Shown here in pieces: positions 15,982-26,635 of a DNA stretch of 64,000 bases. This DNA comes from Planctomycetota bacterium (lineage in GTDB: Bacteria > Planctomycetota > Planctomycetia > Pirellulales > PNKZ01), in the NCBI GenBank assembly GCA_018242585.1, contig JAFEBQ010000012.1, forward strand, positions 148,563 through 212,562, written 5' to 3'. The position numbers and the translations under genes were made by a program. The notes beneath the pieces were generated by a model. The model ran no database searches and was not told the origin of the DNA. It saw only the letters and a list, made by a program, of their open reading frames with translations. How positions within the stretch are numbered: position 1 is the first letter of the stretch; every line of letters begins with the position of its first letter.

Positions 15982-17472
15982 ATGGCCACCGCGATCGAAC
16001 GTCCCTGGTACAAAGAACTTACCGGCTATCACTGGTTCGTGTTCGTGGTGGCCGCCCTGGGTTGGCTATTCGACTGCTTGGATCAGCAGTTGTTTGTCCT
16101 GGCACGACCGGCCGCCATGGCGGAGTTGGTCACGGGGATCGACGATCCGAAGTTACTGGAAATAGCGCGACGCGACGCGGGCAACTGGGCGACAAGTCTG
16201 TTTTTGATTGGCTGGGCGTCGGGTGGATTGTTCTTTGGCGTGCTCGGCGACCGGATCGGCCGCGCCAAGACCATGATGTGGACCATCATCCTATATTCAC
16301 TTTTTACCGGGTTGAACTCGTTTGCCACCGGGCCTTGGACGTTTTCCCTCTTTCGTTTTCTGACCGGACTCGGCGTCGGTGGTGAGTTTGCCGTCGGTGT
16401 CGCGCTGATTGCCGAAGTCATGCCGGCGCGCGCGCGACCCTATACGCTGGGATTATTGCAAGCGCTTTCCGCGCTCGGAAATGTGAGCGCGGCACTGATC
16501 AATATGGGGCTCGGCGTGGCCGAAGAAGAAGGTTTGGTGACCAGCCCGTGGCGGATCATGTTTCTGGTCGGCGCGGTCCCGGCGTTGTTGGCCTTGGTCA
16601 TTCGCAGTAAGCTGAAAGAACCCGAGCAATGGCAGAAGGCTTCGCATGACCAGGCGGTTGCCAAGCAGCTTGGTTCGTACTCCGAACTGTTTACCAACCC
16701 ACGCTGGCGCAAAAACGCGATCATTGGATTGTTGCTGGCGTGTTCCGGGGTCATCGGCTTGTGGGCGGTCGGCTTCTTTGCGCCCGACCTGACGCGGTAT
16801 GTCCAGCGCAAACGCGTCGCCACCGAAGTCTATACCGAACTGGCCGCCAAGGCCGACGCTGGCGACAAGAAGGACGTCGCCGCGAAGTATCGGCAATTGA
16901 TCGATCTGGAGCGGGCGGCGGCCACGTCGGGATACCAGGTGCCCGAGGAGTTAAAAGCGGCTCGGAACGACGCGGAGCCAATCGTGCAAGGACGCCTTTC
17001 GCGCTGGGCTAGCTACACCTCGATCATGATCAATATCGGCGCCTTTTGTGGGATGTTCGGGTTTACGGCCTTGTCCCAAAAGATCGGCCGCAAGCCGACG
17101 TTCGCGCTGGCGTTGGTGGCGGCGTTTGTCAGCACCGCTTCGGTGTTCTGGTTCCTCAGCGAGTTTTGGCAGATCTTTGTGCTGGTGCCGATCATGGGCT
17201 TTTGCCAGTTGTCGTTGTTCGGCGGTTACGCGGTCTATTTTCCGGAATTGTTCCCGACGCGACTGCGCAGCACCGGCACGTCGTTCTGCTACAACGTCGG
17301 TCGCTTTGTGGCCGCCGGTGGGCCGTTGGTTAAATCGCAGTTGGAAAGCGCCTTTCGCGACACGCCCGAGCCGCTCCGGTATGCCGGCGTGGCGATGTGC
17401 GCCGTATTCCTGATCGGCTTGTTCGTCCTGCCATTCGCTCCGGAAACGAAGGGACAACCGCTGCCGGAGTAA
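15982..17472 (+). CDS. MFS transporter
   Basis: 496 aa and polytopic, with the MFS loop motif GVLGDRIGRAKTM and a central hydrophilic loop. Transcribed divergently from the PqqD operon. Confidence 0.85.
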   Translation: MATAIERPWYKELTGYHWFVFVVAALGWLFDCLDQQLFVLARPAAMAELVTGIDDPKLLEIARRDAGNWATSLFLIGWASGGLFFGVLGDRIGRAKTMMWTIILYSLFTGLNSFATGPWTFSLFRFLTGLGVGGEFAVGVALIAEVMPARARPYTLGLLQALSALGNVSAALINMGLGVAEEEGLVTSPWRIMFLVGAVPALLALVIRSKLKEPEQWQKASHDQAVAKQLGSYSELFTNPRWRKNAIIGLLLACSGVIGLWAVGFFAPDLTRYVQRKRVATEVYTELAAKADAGDKKDVAAKYRQLIDLERAAATSGYQVPEELKAARNDAEPIVQGRLSRWASYTSIMINIGAFCGMFGFTALSQKIGRKPTFALALVAAFVSTASVFWFLSEFWQIFVLVPIMGFCQLSLFGGYAVYFPELFPTRLRSTGTSFCYNVGRFVAAGGPLVKSQLESAFRDTPEPLRYAGVAMCAVFLIGLFVLPFAPETKGQPLPE

Positions 17473-17708
17473 TGGGTTCATTCTCTACAGCATCGAAAGA
17501 GTGGCACTGACGGCAAGCCACCAGTGGCACTCCCGTCACTGTTCGATTTGCACACAAACTGATTCGCACTAAGGACTTGTTTCCTGGTGTGATCGCCCTC
17601 AACTCGTCTTGTCCCAGCCTGGGGGGGCCAGTAGAATCCGCCCCCTAGCTGCCAACCCGCCGGGTGTTGGCACTGCGTAGGAAATGGATTTCCTCGTAAG
17701 GGTCGGAC

Positions 17709-20537
17709 ATGTCGGCTGATAACTCTGGGCCGCACAAGGGCTCGTTCCTGACGGCGCCCTTGATGCTCTTCACGCGCCTCGCGCTGCGCTATCCCGTCGC
17801 TACTATTGCGCTCTCGATTGGCTTGGCGCTGGTTTGCACAGTCTATAGCGGCACTCGTCTGGGCTACCGGACCAGCCGCATCGACCTGATGAACCCCAAC
17901 AGCGACTACAACCGGCTCTGGAACGAATACATCAACGAGTTCGGCGACGAAGACGACGCCGTCATCGTGGTCGAAGGCAAGAACCGCGATGCCGTGGTGC
18001 CAGTGCTGCAGGAAGTGTCGCAGCGGCTGTCGCGCGAGCAGCGGTTGTTCCATGCCGTGTTGCATGGCGTTGACCTGGAGAAAATACGCTCCAAGGGCTT
18101 GCATTATCTGTCGGCCGAAGACTTGGCTGGCATCGAACGCTTCTTGGACCAGTCGGGACCGATCATCGACGGCAACTGGGCCCAGTTAAACCTGGGCAAC
18201 CTGGCGCAAGGCCTGGCGATGAAGCTCAATATGCTGTCGGCCAAACCCGACTCGCCCGAGCTAGCCGCCACGCAAGAAGAAGTCTCGCGCTTGGTCGACA
18301 GCCTGCAGACCATGCTCGCGCAGCGCAAGAATTACATCAGCCCCTGGCCCGGCATGCCTTCGAGCTTTGCCACCCTCAGCGAGTTGAGCGCTGAATACCT
18401 GCTGACCAACGAGGGGAAGCTCGGTTTCGTACTGTTGCGTCTGGCACGCAACGAAGACGGCTTTGCCCGCAATGACGAAGCCATCGACGAACTGCGCCGC
18501 TTGATCACCCAGATTGAAGCTCACCATCCCGGCACGCGCCTCGGTCTGACCGGCTTGCCCGTGATGGAAAACGACGAGATGCGGTCGAGCCAGTCGTCGA
18601 TGATGTGGGCCAGCTTGGTCTCGCTGGCCGGCGTGGCCATTCTGTTCATCGCCGGTTTCGGCGGCATTCGGCATGCGTTGTTGGCCAACCTGATTCTATT
18701 GATCGGCATGGCCTGGACGTTTGGCTATGTGACGTTGTTCGTCGGGCACTTGAACATCCTCAGCGTGTCGTTCACCTCGACGCTGATCGGCATTGGCATC
18801 GACTATGGCGTGCATTACGTCGCGCGCTATTTGCAGTTGGCCGGCCGCTTGCGCGATCCGAAGAGCACGCTGCTCGAAACCAGTCACGGCGTCGGGCCGG
18901 CGATTCTGACCGGCGCGTTGACCACGGCGGTGTCGTTCTTTGCCGCCGGTTTCACCAGCTTTACCGGCGTGGCCGAACTGGGCATCATCGCCGGTGGCGG
19001 CGTGTTGATCTGTTGCGTGGCCGAGCTGTTGATCCTGCCGGCGGCGATCAGCCTGGTCGATCGCTCGGGTATCGGCCGTAAAATGCCCGAGCCCCTCGAA
19101 GTCCATCGCTGGATCGAGCCGGTAGTCCGCAACCCGCGGTTCGTGCTCGTGGCGACTGTCGCCTTCACGGGGCTGCTGGCATGTGGCATCACACGACTCT
19201 GGTACGATCACAATTTGTTGAACATGCAGGCCGAAGGGCTCGAAAGCGTCGAGCTCGAACGCCGCCTGCTGGAAGAATGCAATCAAAGCGTCTGGTTCGC
19301 CGTGTCGATCGCCGACAGCCGCGAAGAGTTGCTGGCTCGCAAGGAGCAACTGCTCAAGTTGCCCAGCGTCGAGCGGACCGAGGAAATCGTCTCGCTGTTG
19401 CCCAGCGATCGGGACGTAAAGCGCCCATTGATTGCGGGCATTCAGAAGCGGCTGGCGTCGCTCCCCGAGCGGCCGCCGTTGATTCCCGTCGATCATCCCG
19501 AGGAGTTGGGACGCGGCCTGGCTCGCCTGCAGCAATGGTTCGCCGATCATCGCGAGCCGCGCGCGGCCCGACAACTCGAACAGGTCCGCGACTCGCTCCG
19601 CAAGTTGCCGCTTAACGATTGCTACAATGTTCTTTCACAGTTCCAGCAGCACATGGCGGGCGATCTGCTCAGCCGGCTGTACGTGCTGCGAAGCATGTCG
19701 AATCCCGAGCCGCCGCAACTGAGCGACCTGCCGCAAAGCCTGGTCCACCGCTTTGTCGGCCAGCACGATCGCTACCTGCTCAAGATTTTCGGCCGCGGCA
19801 ATATCTGGGACTTCGAGGCGTTGCAACGCTTTGTCCAGGATGTGCGGAGCGTCGATCCGCGCGTGACGGGCAATCCGCTGCAAGCCTACGAAGGCACGCT
19901 CGAGATGAAGGGAAGCTACGAGCGGGCGGCCATGTTTGCCCTGGTGATCATTTTGATCGTGTTGTGGATCGACTTCCGCAACGTGGGCTATACGTTGCTG
20001 GCCGCGCTGCCGTTGACGATTGGCGTGCTGCAGATGTTCGGCATCATGGGCTTGCTGAACGTGCCGTTGAACCCGGCTAATACGATCGCCCTGCCGCTGA
20101 TCTTGGGCATTGGCGTTGATTATGGCGTCCATCTGATTCACGACTACCGCGAACAGACCGGGCGATTCCGCATGTCGCCGTCGACGGCGGTGGCGGTGCT
20201 GGTCGATTCGCTGACTACGATCGTCGGGTTTGGCGCGATGATGATCGCCACGCACCGCGGGCTGCAAAGCCTGGGGCGCGTGTTGACCATCGGCGTCACC
20301 TGCTGCCTGTTCACGTCGCTGGTGATGTTGCCGGCGCTATTGAGCTGGATGAGCTGGAAGCGCGGCGGCGAGGACGAGGCTCAGCCAACGCCCGAGCCGA
20401 AGCGATTGCGGCACGGATACGCCACCGGCGATCAACACCCCGGCGAACATGCCGACGAGCACGGCCATCCGATCGTGGCCGACGGACGCGTGGTGGGGCG
20501 CGAAATCAGCTTTCCCGAGCGCGAAAGCAAAGTCTAA
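17709..20537 (+). CDS. MMPL/RND-superfamily exporter (HpnN-like architecture)
   Basis: 942 aa with two 6-TM bundles, each followed by a large periplasmic loop. Duplicated blocks LIGIGIDYGVHYVARY and ILGIGVDYGVHLIHDY are typical of MMPL/HpnN proteins. Confidence 0.8.
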   Translation: MSADNSGPHKGSFLTAPLMLFTRLALRYPVATIALSIGLALVCTVYSGTRLGYRTSRIDLMNPNSDYNRLWNEYINEFGDEDDAVIVVEGKNRDAVVPVLQEVSQRLSREQRLFHAVLHGVDLEKIRSKGLHYLSAEDLAGIERFLDQSGPIIDGNWAQLNLGNLAQGLAMKLNMLSAKPDSPELAATQEEVSRLVDSLQTMLAQRKNYISPWPGMPSSFATLSELSAEYLLTNEGKLGFVLLRLARNEDGFARNDEAIDELRRLITQIEAHHPGTRLGLTGLPVMENDEMRSSQSSMMWASLVSLAGVAILFIAGFGGIRHALLANLILLIGMAWTFGYVTLFVGHLNILSVSFTSTLIGIGIDYGVHYVARYLQLAGRLRDPKSTLLETSHGVGPAILTGALTTAVSFFAAGFTSFTGVAELGIIAGGGVLICCVAELLILPAAISLVDRSGIGRKMPEPLEVHRWIEPVVRNPRFVLVATVAFTGLLACGITRLWYDHNLLNMQAEGLESVELERRLLEECNQSVWFAVSIADSREELLARKEQLLKLPSVERTEEIVSLLPSDRDVKRPLIAGIQKRLASLPERPPLIPVDHPEELGRGLARLQQWFADHREPRAARQLEQVRDSLRKLPLNDCYNVLSQFQQHMAGDLLSRLYVLRSMSNPEPPQLSDLPQSLVHRFVGQHDRYLLKIFGRGNIWDFEALQRFVQDVRSVDPRVTGNPLQAYEGTLEMKGSYERAAMFALVIILIVLWIDFRNVGYTLLAALPLTIGVLQMFGIMGLLNVPLNPANTIALPLILGIGVDYGVHLIHDYREQTGRFRMSPSTAVAVLVDSLTTIVGFGAMMIATHRGLQSLGRVLTIGVTCCLFTSLVMLPALLSWMSWKRGGEDEAQPTPEPKRLRHGYATGDQHPGEHADEHGHPIVADGRVVGREISFPERESKV

Positions 20538-20742
20538 TCGCGAGCGCGGGCAGAATAAATACGCGCTTTAATCGTTGATTCGCCCGGATCGACTGCAATC
20601 AACGGCCAGAGGAAAGATGCTATGCCCCTTGCGACTGCGCTGGCGGCAAAGCACAATGCCTTTCCCGTGAATGCACTTTACGGCGCATCGCCCTTGATGA
20701 GCACGAGGGCCGCATCCATCCTTCTGACCAGCGGAAGTTCCC

Positions 20743-21756
20743 ATGGCTGACAAGACCGGCGTGATCCTCAGCGGCCTGGCCGACGAAGCGGCAAACCAGA
20801 AAACGGCCGTGCAACAGTTCGCAGCCTTTGCCGCGCTGGGGTTGCAATACTACAGCTTGCGCTGGATCGACGTCGGCGAAGGCATCAAGAACGTGATGCA
20901 ACTGACGACCAAGGAAATCACGCAGCTCCGCCACCTGGAAGATGAGTACGGCCTGAACGTGGCGTCGATCGCTTCGCCGATCGGCAAGATCAAGCTCGTC
21001 GACAAGGAAGATGGCACCAAGAACACGTTCGTGCCGTTCAAGAAGTATCTGGCCAAGGACGTCAAGCGCGTGTGCGAGTTGTCGCACGCCTTTGAGACGA
21101 AATTGATCCGCGGCTTTTCGTTCTATCCACCTAAGAATGAAGATCCCTGGAAGTACGTCGAGCAAGCGGCCGACTATCTGGGACAAATTGCCGAAGTCTG
21201 CCATCGTAGCGACCTGACCTTTGGTTTGGAAATCGAAGCCAACCTGGTCGGGCAGACCGCCGAGTTGCTCGTGGCGCTGCAAAAGAAGGTGAACCATCCG
21301 GCGATGGTGATGATCTTCGATGCGGCTAATGTCCTGTGCCAGGGCTACACCACGGCCCAGACATTTGAACAGTACACGTTGCTCAAGCCGTATATTGGCT
21401 GGCTGCACATCAAGGACTACAAACACCCCAAGCCGCCGGAGCGCGTGGGGCACGTCGACGAGGACGCGATCAAGAACTTTGTGCCGGCCGACCGTGGGCA
21501 CGCAGGCCACGAGTTGATCTTGCGCGACTTTGCCGAGCTGGTTCCCAAGCTGCACGCCAAACTGCATCGCCGCGGGATTCCCGGCGTGTTCCTGGACTTG
21601 GAGCCACACGTCAAGGGTGGCGGCCAGTTCGGCGGCTTCAGCGGCCCCGATGGTTTTGGCGTGGCGCTGCGCGGTCTGTGCCGGGTGCTCGACTTTGTCG
21701 GCCTGGACTACCACCTGCGCGATTTCGGCGACATTCAGGACGCGCGCGGGTTCTAG
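20743..21756 (+). CDS. Sugar phosphate isomerase/epimerase (xylose-isomerase-like TIM barrel)
   Basis: 337 aa with family-like blocks LRWIDVG, LIRGFSFY, FGLEIEANLV and GWLHIKDY. Its TAG stop shares the palindrome CTAG (21753-21756) with the convergent FHA gene. Confidence 0.75.
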   Translation: MADKTGVILSGLADEAANQKTAVQQFAAFAALGLQYYSLRWIDVGEGIKNVMQLTTKEITQLRHLEDEYGLNVASIASPIGKIKLVDKEDGTKNTFVPFKKYLAKDVKRVCELSHAFETKLIRGFSFYPPKNEDPWKYVEQAADYLGQIAEVCHRSDLTFGLEIEANLVGQTAELLVALQKKVNHPAMVMIFDAANVLCQGYTTAQTFEQYTLLKPYIGWLHIKDYKHPKPPERVGHVDEDAIKNFVPADRGHAGHELILRDFAELVPKLHAKLHRRGIPGVFLDLEPHVKGGGQFGGFSGPDGFGVALRGLCRVLDFVGLDYHLRDFGDIQDARGF

Positions 21757-24700
21757 GCCTTCTGATCGCGCTTCAGCTTCAGCGCCATGTTGAAGTACTT
21801 GCCGCCCCACAGCAGCGTGACGACCAGTCCGGCCAGCATGCCGTACAAGGCCATCGGGTGTTCCAGCACAAAGTGAATTCCCGCGGCGGCCGTCGTACAC
21901 AAGCCGCCGACCAGCGCCAACAGCAGCGTGCCTGATTTCTTGCTGGTGATCTGTTGCTTGCGGTGAGCGCTGATCGCGTTCTGGGCGTTCATATTGGCCA
22001 GTTCGCGCATCGCCGACAGGTTAGCCGACATTTCGGGCGGCAGGGAACGGGGGGCCATCGCCCGCGGCGTCAGCGGCGCGTCGTTGTCGACGTTCGCTTC
22101 GGCCACGTCGGCAGGTTCGGGCAGTCGGGTGCGCGGCGCCGGCTTGGGCTCGGTAGGCTTGCTGCTGGGCTCTGATTTAGCGGCCGATTCCGACTTGCTG
22201 GCAGGCTCCGGCTTGCTGGCGGGAGCGGTGCTCGCAGCCGGTTGCGTTGAGCGTCCCCCATTGCGCGCCAACAACTGGGCCATGTAATTGCCGATGTCGT
22301 CTTCTTCGTTCTCGACAAGTGCAGCCGGAGCGGGCGCGACGGCTGCGGGTTCAACCGGCATATTGCGTTCGCTGGCCGAGCGGCGTGCGCTGCTGATCGA
22401 TTCGAGCGACACTTGCCGCTGACGCGACGGCTTGGGTTCAGAGACCGCCTCGTCGTCGAAGTTGACGCCGTATTTGGCTAACAACGCGGCGCTCGACAGC
22501 CCCGAGCATTGGCCAGATGTGTTTTCGTTCGCGGGTTCTTCCGCGGATGGTTCGCTGGTCTCGTCGGCTTCGCTCGTCGACGGCTCCTCGTCGGTTTGCG
22601 CTGTGGCGGACTCTTGTTCATCAACAACACTCTCGGTCGCGGGTTCGTAACCGCTCGACGTGTCGTCGCCGAGCGTCTCTTCGTTCGCCACGTCGGCTGC
22701 CGCAGGCTGCTCATCGTCGAAACCCTGCGGCAATTGGACATCGTCCGTATGGTGGGACGATTCGCGCAATTGGCGGATGATCCGCTCGACGTCGGCCGCC
22801 GGGTCGTAGCCTCGCTCCGCCGATTGGCCGACAGCATCCCCTTCGGAGCGAGCGATCTGCACGCCGCGGTCCTCGATTGTCTTCTCACGCGCGGCCAATT
22901 CGGTGTCGAGCCGTTGGCGGCGTTCCTCGAGCGTCTGCTGCAACGATTCGAGCTGCCGTGTCTGGTCGGCTAGTTGTTGCGATTGGGCGCTCAGTTGCTG
23001 TTGGCGCAGCTCCACGTCGGCCCGCTCGATGGCCAGTTTTTGCTGTGTGTCGGCGAGCTCTTGCTCCTTGGCCGCCAGCGCCGTCGTGTCGACTGGTGTG
23101 CTGGCGCGCTCGGCCAATTGCTGGCTCCAATGTTCACGCTCAAGCTGAAGCGTCTCTTGCGCCGTTAACAGCTCGGCCGCGTCCCGCGCATAGGCTTCCT
23201 CGCGTCGGTTCAATAGTTGCTGCTGCTCGTCCAGCGTGGCTTCCATTCGTGTCAGTTCGGCCTGGCGGGCTTCAATCGCAGTTTGGCGTTCGGCCAACTC
23301 TCGCTGTTCGGTGGCCAGAGTTTCGTGAGCGGCGGCCAGTCGCGACTGTGCCTGTTCAATTTCGGTACGGTTGTTGGCCAGTTGCGTACGTTCGGCCACT
23401 AGCGCCTGTTGCTCGGCTTCGAGCGCGCCACGGTCAGCGGCCAGTTGTTGTTGCTGCTCGGCTAGCAGCCATTGCTGATCGGTTTTGCCCACCTGCTCTT
23501 CGGCGAGTAACTGACGATCGGCCTCTAAGGCAGCCCCTTGGCTTTGCAATGCAGCTTCCCGTGCGGTCAATTCCTGCTCGGTTGCCGCACACGCCTGTTG
23601 ACGCGATTCGAATTCGGCCACTTGGGCAGCCAACGAACGCTCGCGCTCGGCCAAGGCCGCTTCGCGTTGTTGTGAGGCCAGCGTCCGCTCCACGTAGTCG
23701 TGCTCGGCCTGTTGCAACGAGCCTTGCCGCTCGGCCAGCGGCGCCATGAAGGCCGACTGCTGGGCCAGCAGTTCGTTGCGCTGGGCTTCCAGCTGTTGCT
23801 TGGCTTGCTCAAGACTCGCCGTGTCGCGCTCGTGCTGCTGGTGACGCTCGTCGATCTCGCGGGACCAGCCGTCGAGCTGGCGCTGGCGCTGCGCGACGTC
23901 TCGTTCCATCCCGGTCAGCTTGTCCTGCTGCTGGCGCAGGGTTTCGTCCCGCTCCAATGTTTGGACCGTCCAGGCAGCGCGTTCTTGTTCCCACTTGAGC
24001 CGCGCTGAGTCAAGTTCGGCCCGCAGGCGCGCGACGTCGGAACTCAGCGCCAATTGCGCTCCCTGGGCTTGTTGCTGGTTGGCCAGCGCCGCTTCGCGAC
24101 GCGCCAATTCAGCTTCATGCTTGTCGAGCTCTTGACGCAGCGTGTCGCACTCGGCGCGGCGCTGTTCCACCTCGAGCTGCTGCGCATACCAGCCGGCGTT
24201 AAGCCGTTCACGCTCCGCCAACCATTGCAAGTGGTCCTGCTCCCAGACGCGTCGTGTGGCTTCCAACTCAGTGGACTGGCAGCGTAAATGTTCGGCTTGC
24301 TGGTTCAGGTCGTCCTCGCGGCGTGTCAATTCACGCCACGTCAACTCGGCTTCGGTTTGTCGGCGCGAGATGGCGGCCTGTTGTTCGCCCAGAGTCCGCT
24401 CGAATTGCTGACGATCGGAGGAGATGGTCGTCTGGGCCATCGCCAACGCGGCGAACTCGGCGTCGAGCTGCGTGTGGCGCGCCACAAGCTGCTGATGCCG
24501 GGCGTCGAGTTCGGTCTCGCGGACAGTCAATTGTTGTGCTTGCGCGGTGGTCCGCTCGGTTAATTGCGCCGCGTCCTGTTGCAACTGCCTCCGATGGGCG
24601 TCAAGGTCGACCCGGTGCAAGGCCAACTCGGCCTTCTGGTCGGCCAGCGCCGCGCGCTCGGCTTGCAACGCGGCCATTTCCTGGGCAATCTGCTGGCGGC

Positions 24701-25187
24701 GCGCGTCCCAGTCGGCCTGACGATGTTTCAACTTGCGCATCCGGTCCAGCAGCCGGCGCATCCGCCCGCGGGCCTGTCGGCGGGTCGTTTGCACGACTTC
24801 GGCCAATTGGGCCACCTGCCGCCGCGCGGATTCGGGATGAAAGGCCTCGTGGGCGTCGCTGGTCACCACTTCGAGTTCAACCGCGCCGAGTCCGATCCGG
24901 TCGCCAAGTTGCAACAGCCCGTCGCCGAGCGGCCGCTGGTTGAGCCGCGTGCTCCCCTGCCAGTTGCGAATCACCGTCCGTTGCTCGCCGCGCAGGATGA
25001 CGCACTGCAACCGTTCGAGGCCGGCGCCGCGCAGGCGCAGCGTGCATTCTGGCCCCGAGCCGACCGTGCATTTGGCGGCGCTCAGTTGCACCGTCTTGCC
25101 GCGCTGCGAACCGTTCATCACGCGCAGCGCCAGTGGCGCCGGAGGGGCGCCAAGCATCGAAACCATCGACGTGTTCGATTGGACCAT
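21753..25187 (-). CDS. FHA-domain protein with a coiled coil of about 640 aa, an acidic low-complexity region and a C-terminal double transmembrane anchor
   Basis: N-terminal FHA pattern: KCTVGSGPECTLRLRGAGLERLQCVILRGEQRTVIRNW...TRLNQRPL. A long Q/E/A/L/R heptad-like region follows. The C-terminus (LLLALVGGLCTTAAAGIHFVL...LYGMLAGLVVTLLWGG) is hydrophobic. Confidence 0.8.
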   Translation of the reverse strand: MVQSNTSMVSMLGAPPAPLALRVMNGSQRGKTVQLSAAKCTVGSGPECTLRLRGAGLERLQCVILRGEQRTVIRNWQGSTRLNQRPLGDGLLQLGDRIGLGAVELEVVTSDAHEAFHPESARRQVAQLAEVVQTTRRQARGRMRRLLDRMRKLKHRQADWDARRQQIAQEMAALQAERAALADQKAELALHRVDLDAHRRQLQQDAAQLTERTTAQAQQLTVRETELDARHQQLVARHTQLDAEFAALAMAQTTISSDRQQFERTLGEQQAAISRRQTEAELTWRELTRREDDLNQQAEHLRCQSTELEATRRVWEQDHLQWLAERERLNAGWYAQQLEVEQRRAECDTLRQELDKHEAELARREAALANQQQAQGAQLALSSDVARLRAELDSARLKWEQERAAWTVQTLERDETLRQQQDKLTGMERDVAQRQRQLDGWSREIDERHQQHERDTASLEQAKQQLEAQRNELLAQQSAFMAPLAERQGSLQQAEHDYVERTLASQQREAALAERERSLAAQVAEFESRQQACAATEQELTAREAALQSQGAALEADRQLLAEEQVGKTDQQWLLAEQQQQLAADRGALEAEQQALVAERTQLANNRTEIEQAQSRLAAAHETLATEQRELAERQTAIEARQAELTRMEATLDEQQQLLNRREEAYARDAAELLTAQETLQLEREHWSQQLAERASTPVDTTALAAKEQELADTQQKLAIERADVELRQQQLSAQSQQLADQTRQLESLQQTLEERRQRLDTELAAREKTIEDRGVQIARSEGDAVGQSAERGYDPAADVERIIRQLRESSHHTDDVQLPQGFDDEQPAAADVANEETLGDDTSSGYEPATESVVDEQESATAQTDEEPSTSEADETSEPSAEEPANENTSGQCSGLSSAALLAKYGVNFDDEAVSEPKPSRQRQVSLESISSARRSASERNMPVEPAAVAPAPAALVENEEDDIGNYMAQLLARNGGRSTQPAASTAPASKPEPASKSESAAKSEPSSKPTEPKPAPRTRLPEPADVAEANVDNDAPLTPRAMAPRSLPPEMSANLSAMRELANMNAQNAISAHRKQQITSKKSGTLLLALVGGLCTTAAAGIHFVLEHPMALYGMLAGLVVTLLWGGKYFNMALKLKRDQKA

Positions 25188-25929
25188 GGACTTTTGCCTT
25201 TGTCGGACCTGGACTCGGCTGGCCGCGCGCGAGCACGGCTACCTATTTGGGGGTCGCTGCGATGCCGAGCGGCCGAGGGCCTTTGCAGGCCCAAGGTTTA
25301 CGCCGTCACCGCAGATTGGCCGAACCGCCTGCCCGAAGCTTGTCGGGCGCACCTTCCGGCCTGGGGCATGTACCTTACGCCAATGGCAAAGTCAAAACCG
25401 GAATGGCATAAGCACTTGCGCATGGCCTGCAACGACGTTTTGCTCGCTGACGAGCACCCCCGGCGGGAGCCCTTTGATCAAGAATGGCAAAATCGGCTGC
25501 ATAACTAGGCGGATTTTGCCGATTATCCCAAAGCCAACGATGAACCAAGCTGTAGCGTGGGCCAGCAATGGCCTCAAGCAGCTTTGTTCAGCGGGCACAA
25601 GTGTCCAGTCGTGCGGTCGACATTGTGACAACCGTTACAAGCGTCGCGGCAGCCGACGCAACTTGCCTCGCGACAAGCGATTGGCTCGTTTGCCAGGCGA
25701 CGCTGGCGTGCGCTGACGGACTGTCCCACCGGTGAGAACCGGCAGGGCTGGAACTGCGTAGTATATTTGCTCTGCGGATTGCACCAGGCGAAACGCCGTG
25801 GGCAGTTTGCCAGAGGTTGCGGAACTTTACAGGTCACCGTTTTCTCTCAAGGAATGTTCGAGGCAGGCAGATGCGGCAGGGGGGGCAATCCCTGACAGTC
25901 GGCCAGATCGGACAGAATCAGGACCAGGT

Positions 25930-26376
25930 ATGGCACGCAAAGACGCGATCATGAACATGCGCGAAATCCTGCTAATGCGCCGCGATGCGCTGCGACAAGC
26001 TTTGGCCGGCGACCTTAGCCTGCTCAACCAGTTGCGCGAGCAAACCGCTGGCGACGTGATCGACTTCGCGCTTGACTGTGCCCAGGACGAAATCAACTCG
26101 CAGCTCGCCGAAGTGGAAAGCCGCGAATTGGCCTACATCGAAAACGCGCTCGAGCGGATGCGCACGGGCCAATATGGCGTCTGCGAAGGCTGCTCGACCA
26201 AGATTCCGGTGGCGCGGCTCAACGCGCTGCCCTATGCCACGACCTGCATCAAGTGCCAGCGCGAAGCCGAAGAGCGCGGCGAATCGGACCAGGACGGTCG
26301 CGACTGGGGCCGTGTTTCGGACGGCGGTGGCGACAACGATGTCTCGGTCAACGACCTGGAAATCGATGTGTCGTAA
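25930..26376 (+). CDS. DksA/TraR-family C4 zinc-finger protein
   Basis: I moved the start to ATG 25930, so the protein begins MARKDAIMNM. A coiled-coil region is followed by the C4 finger CEGCSTKIPVARLNALPYATTCIKC. Confidence 0.8.
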   Translation: MARKDAIMNMREILLMRRDALRQALAGDLSLLNQLREQTAGDVIDFALDCAQDEINSQLAEVESRELAYIENALERMRTGQYGVCEGCSTKIPVARLNALPYATTCIKCQREAEERGESDQDGRDWGRVSDGGGDNDVSVNDLEIDVS

Positions 26377-26635
26377 CGCCGACCGGCAGTTGTAATCTTT
26401 CTCCGGTCTGTGGCGATATTCCCGAGCCGGCGAGCGGTCTGCCATGATTTGGCGTACCGGTTGCCGGCTCGAACTTTTGGTGGCGACCGGCGATAACAGC
26501 CCCCTCCGGGCCACCTCACCCTCGATTCACGCGGGTTTTGGTGTATGCTTATCGCAGCTAGCCGTTCCTGGCCGGCGGTTGCGCCGTGCCCCAAGTCACC
26601 AGTCAAGCGGCTGCCCAAGCTGCGGAGAGTATTTC

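Noticed and set aside
25574-25837. Cys-rich 87-aa minus-strand ORF (CREASCVGCRDACNGCHNVD) in the long intergenic region
   Set aside because: It has no Shine-Dalgarno sequence, is heavily Arg/Cys/Pro-biased as expected from G+C-rich non-coding DNA, and overlaps another equally implausible frame.
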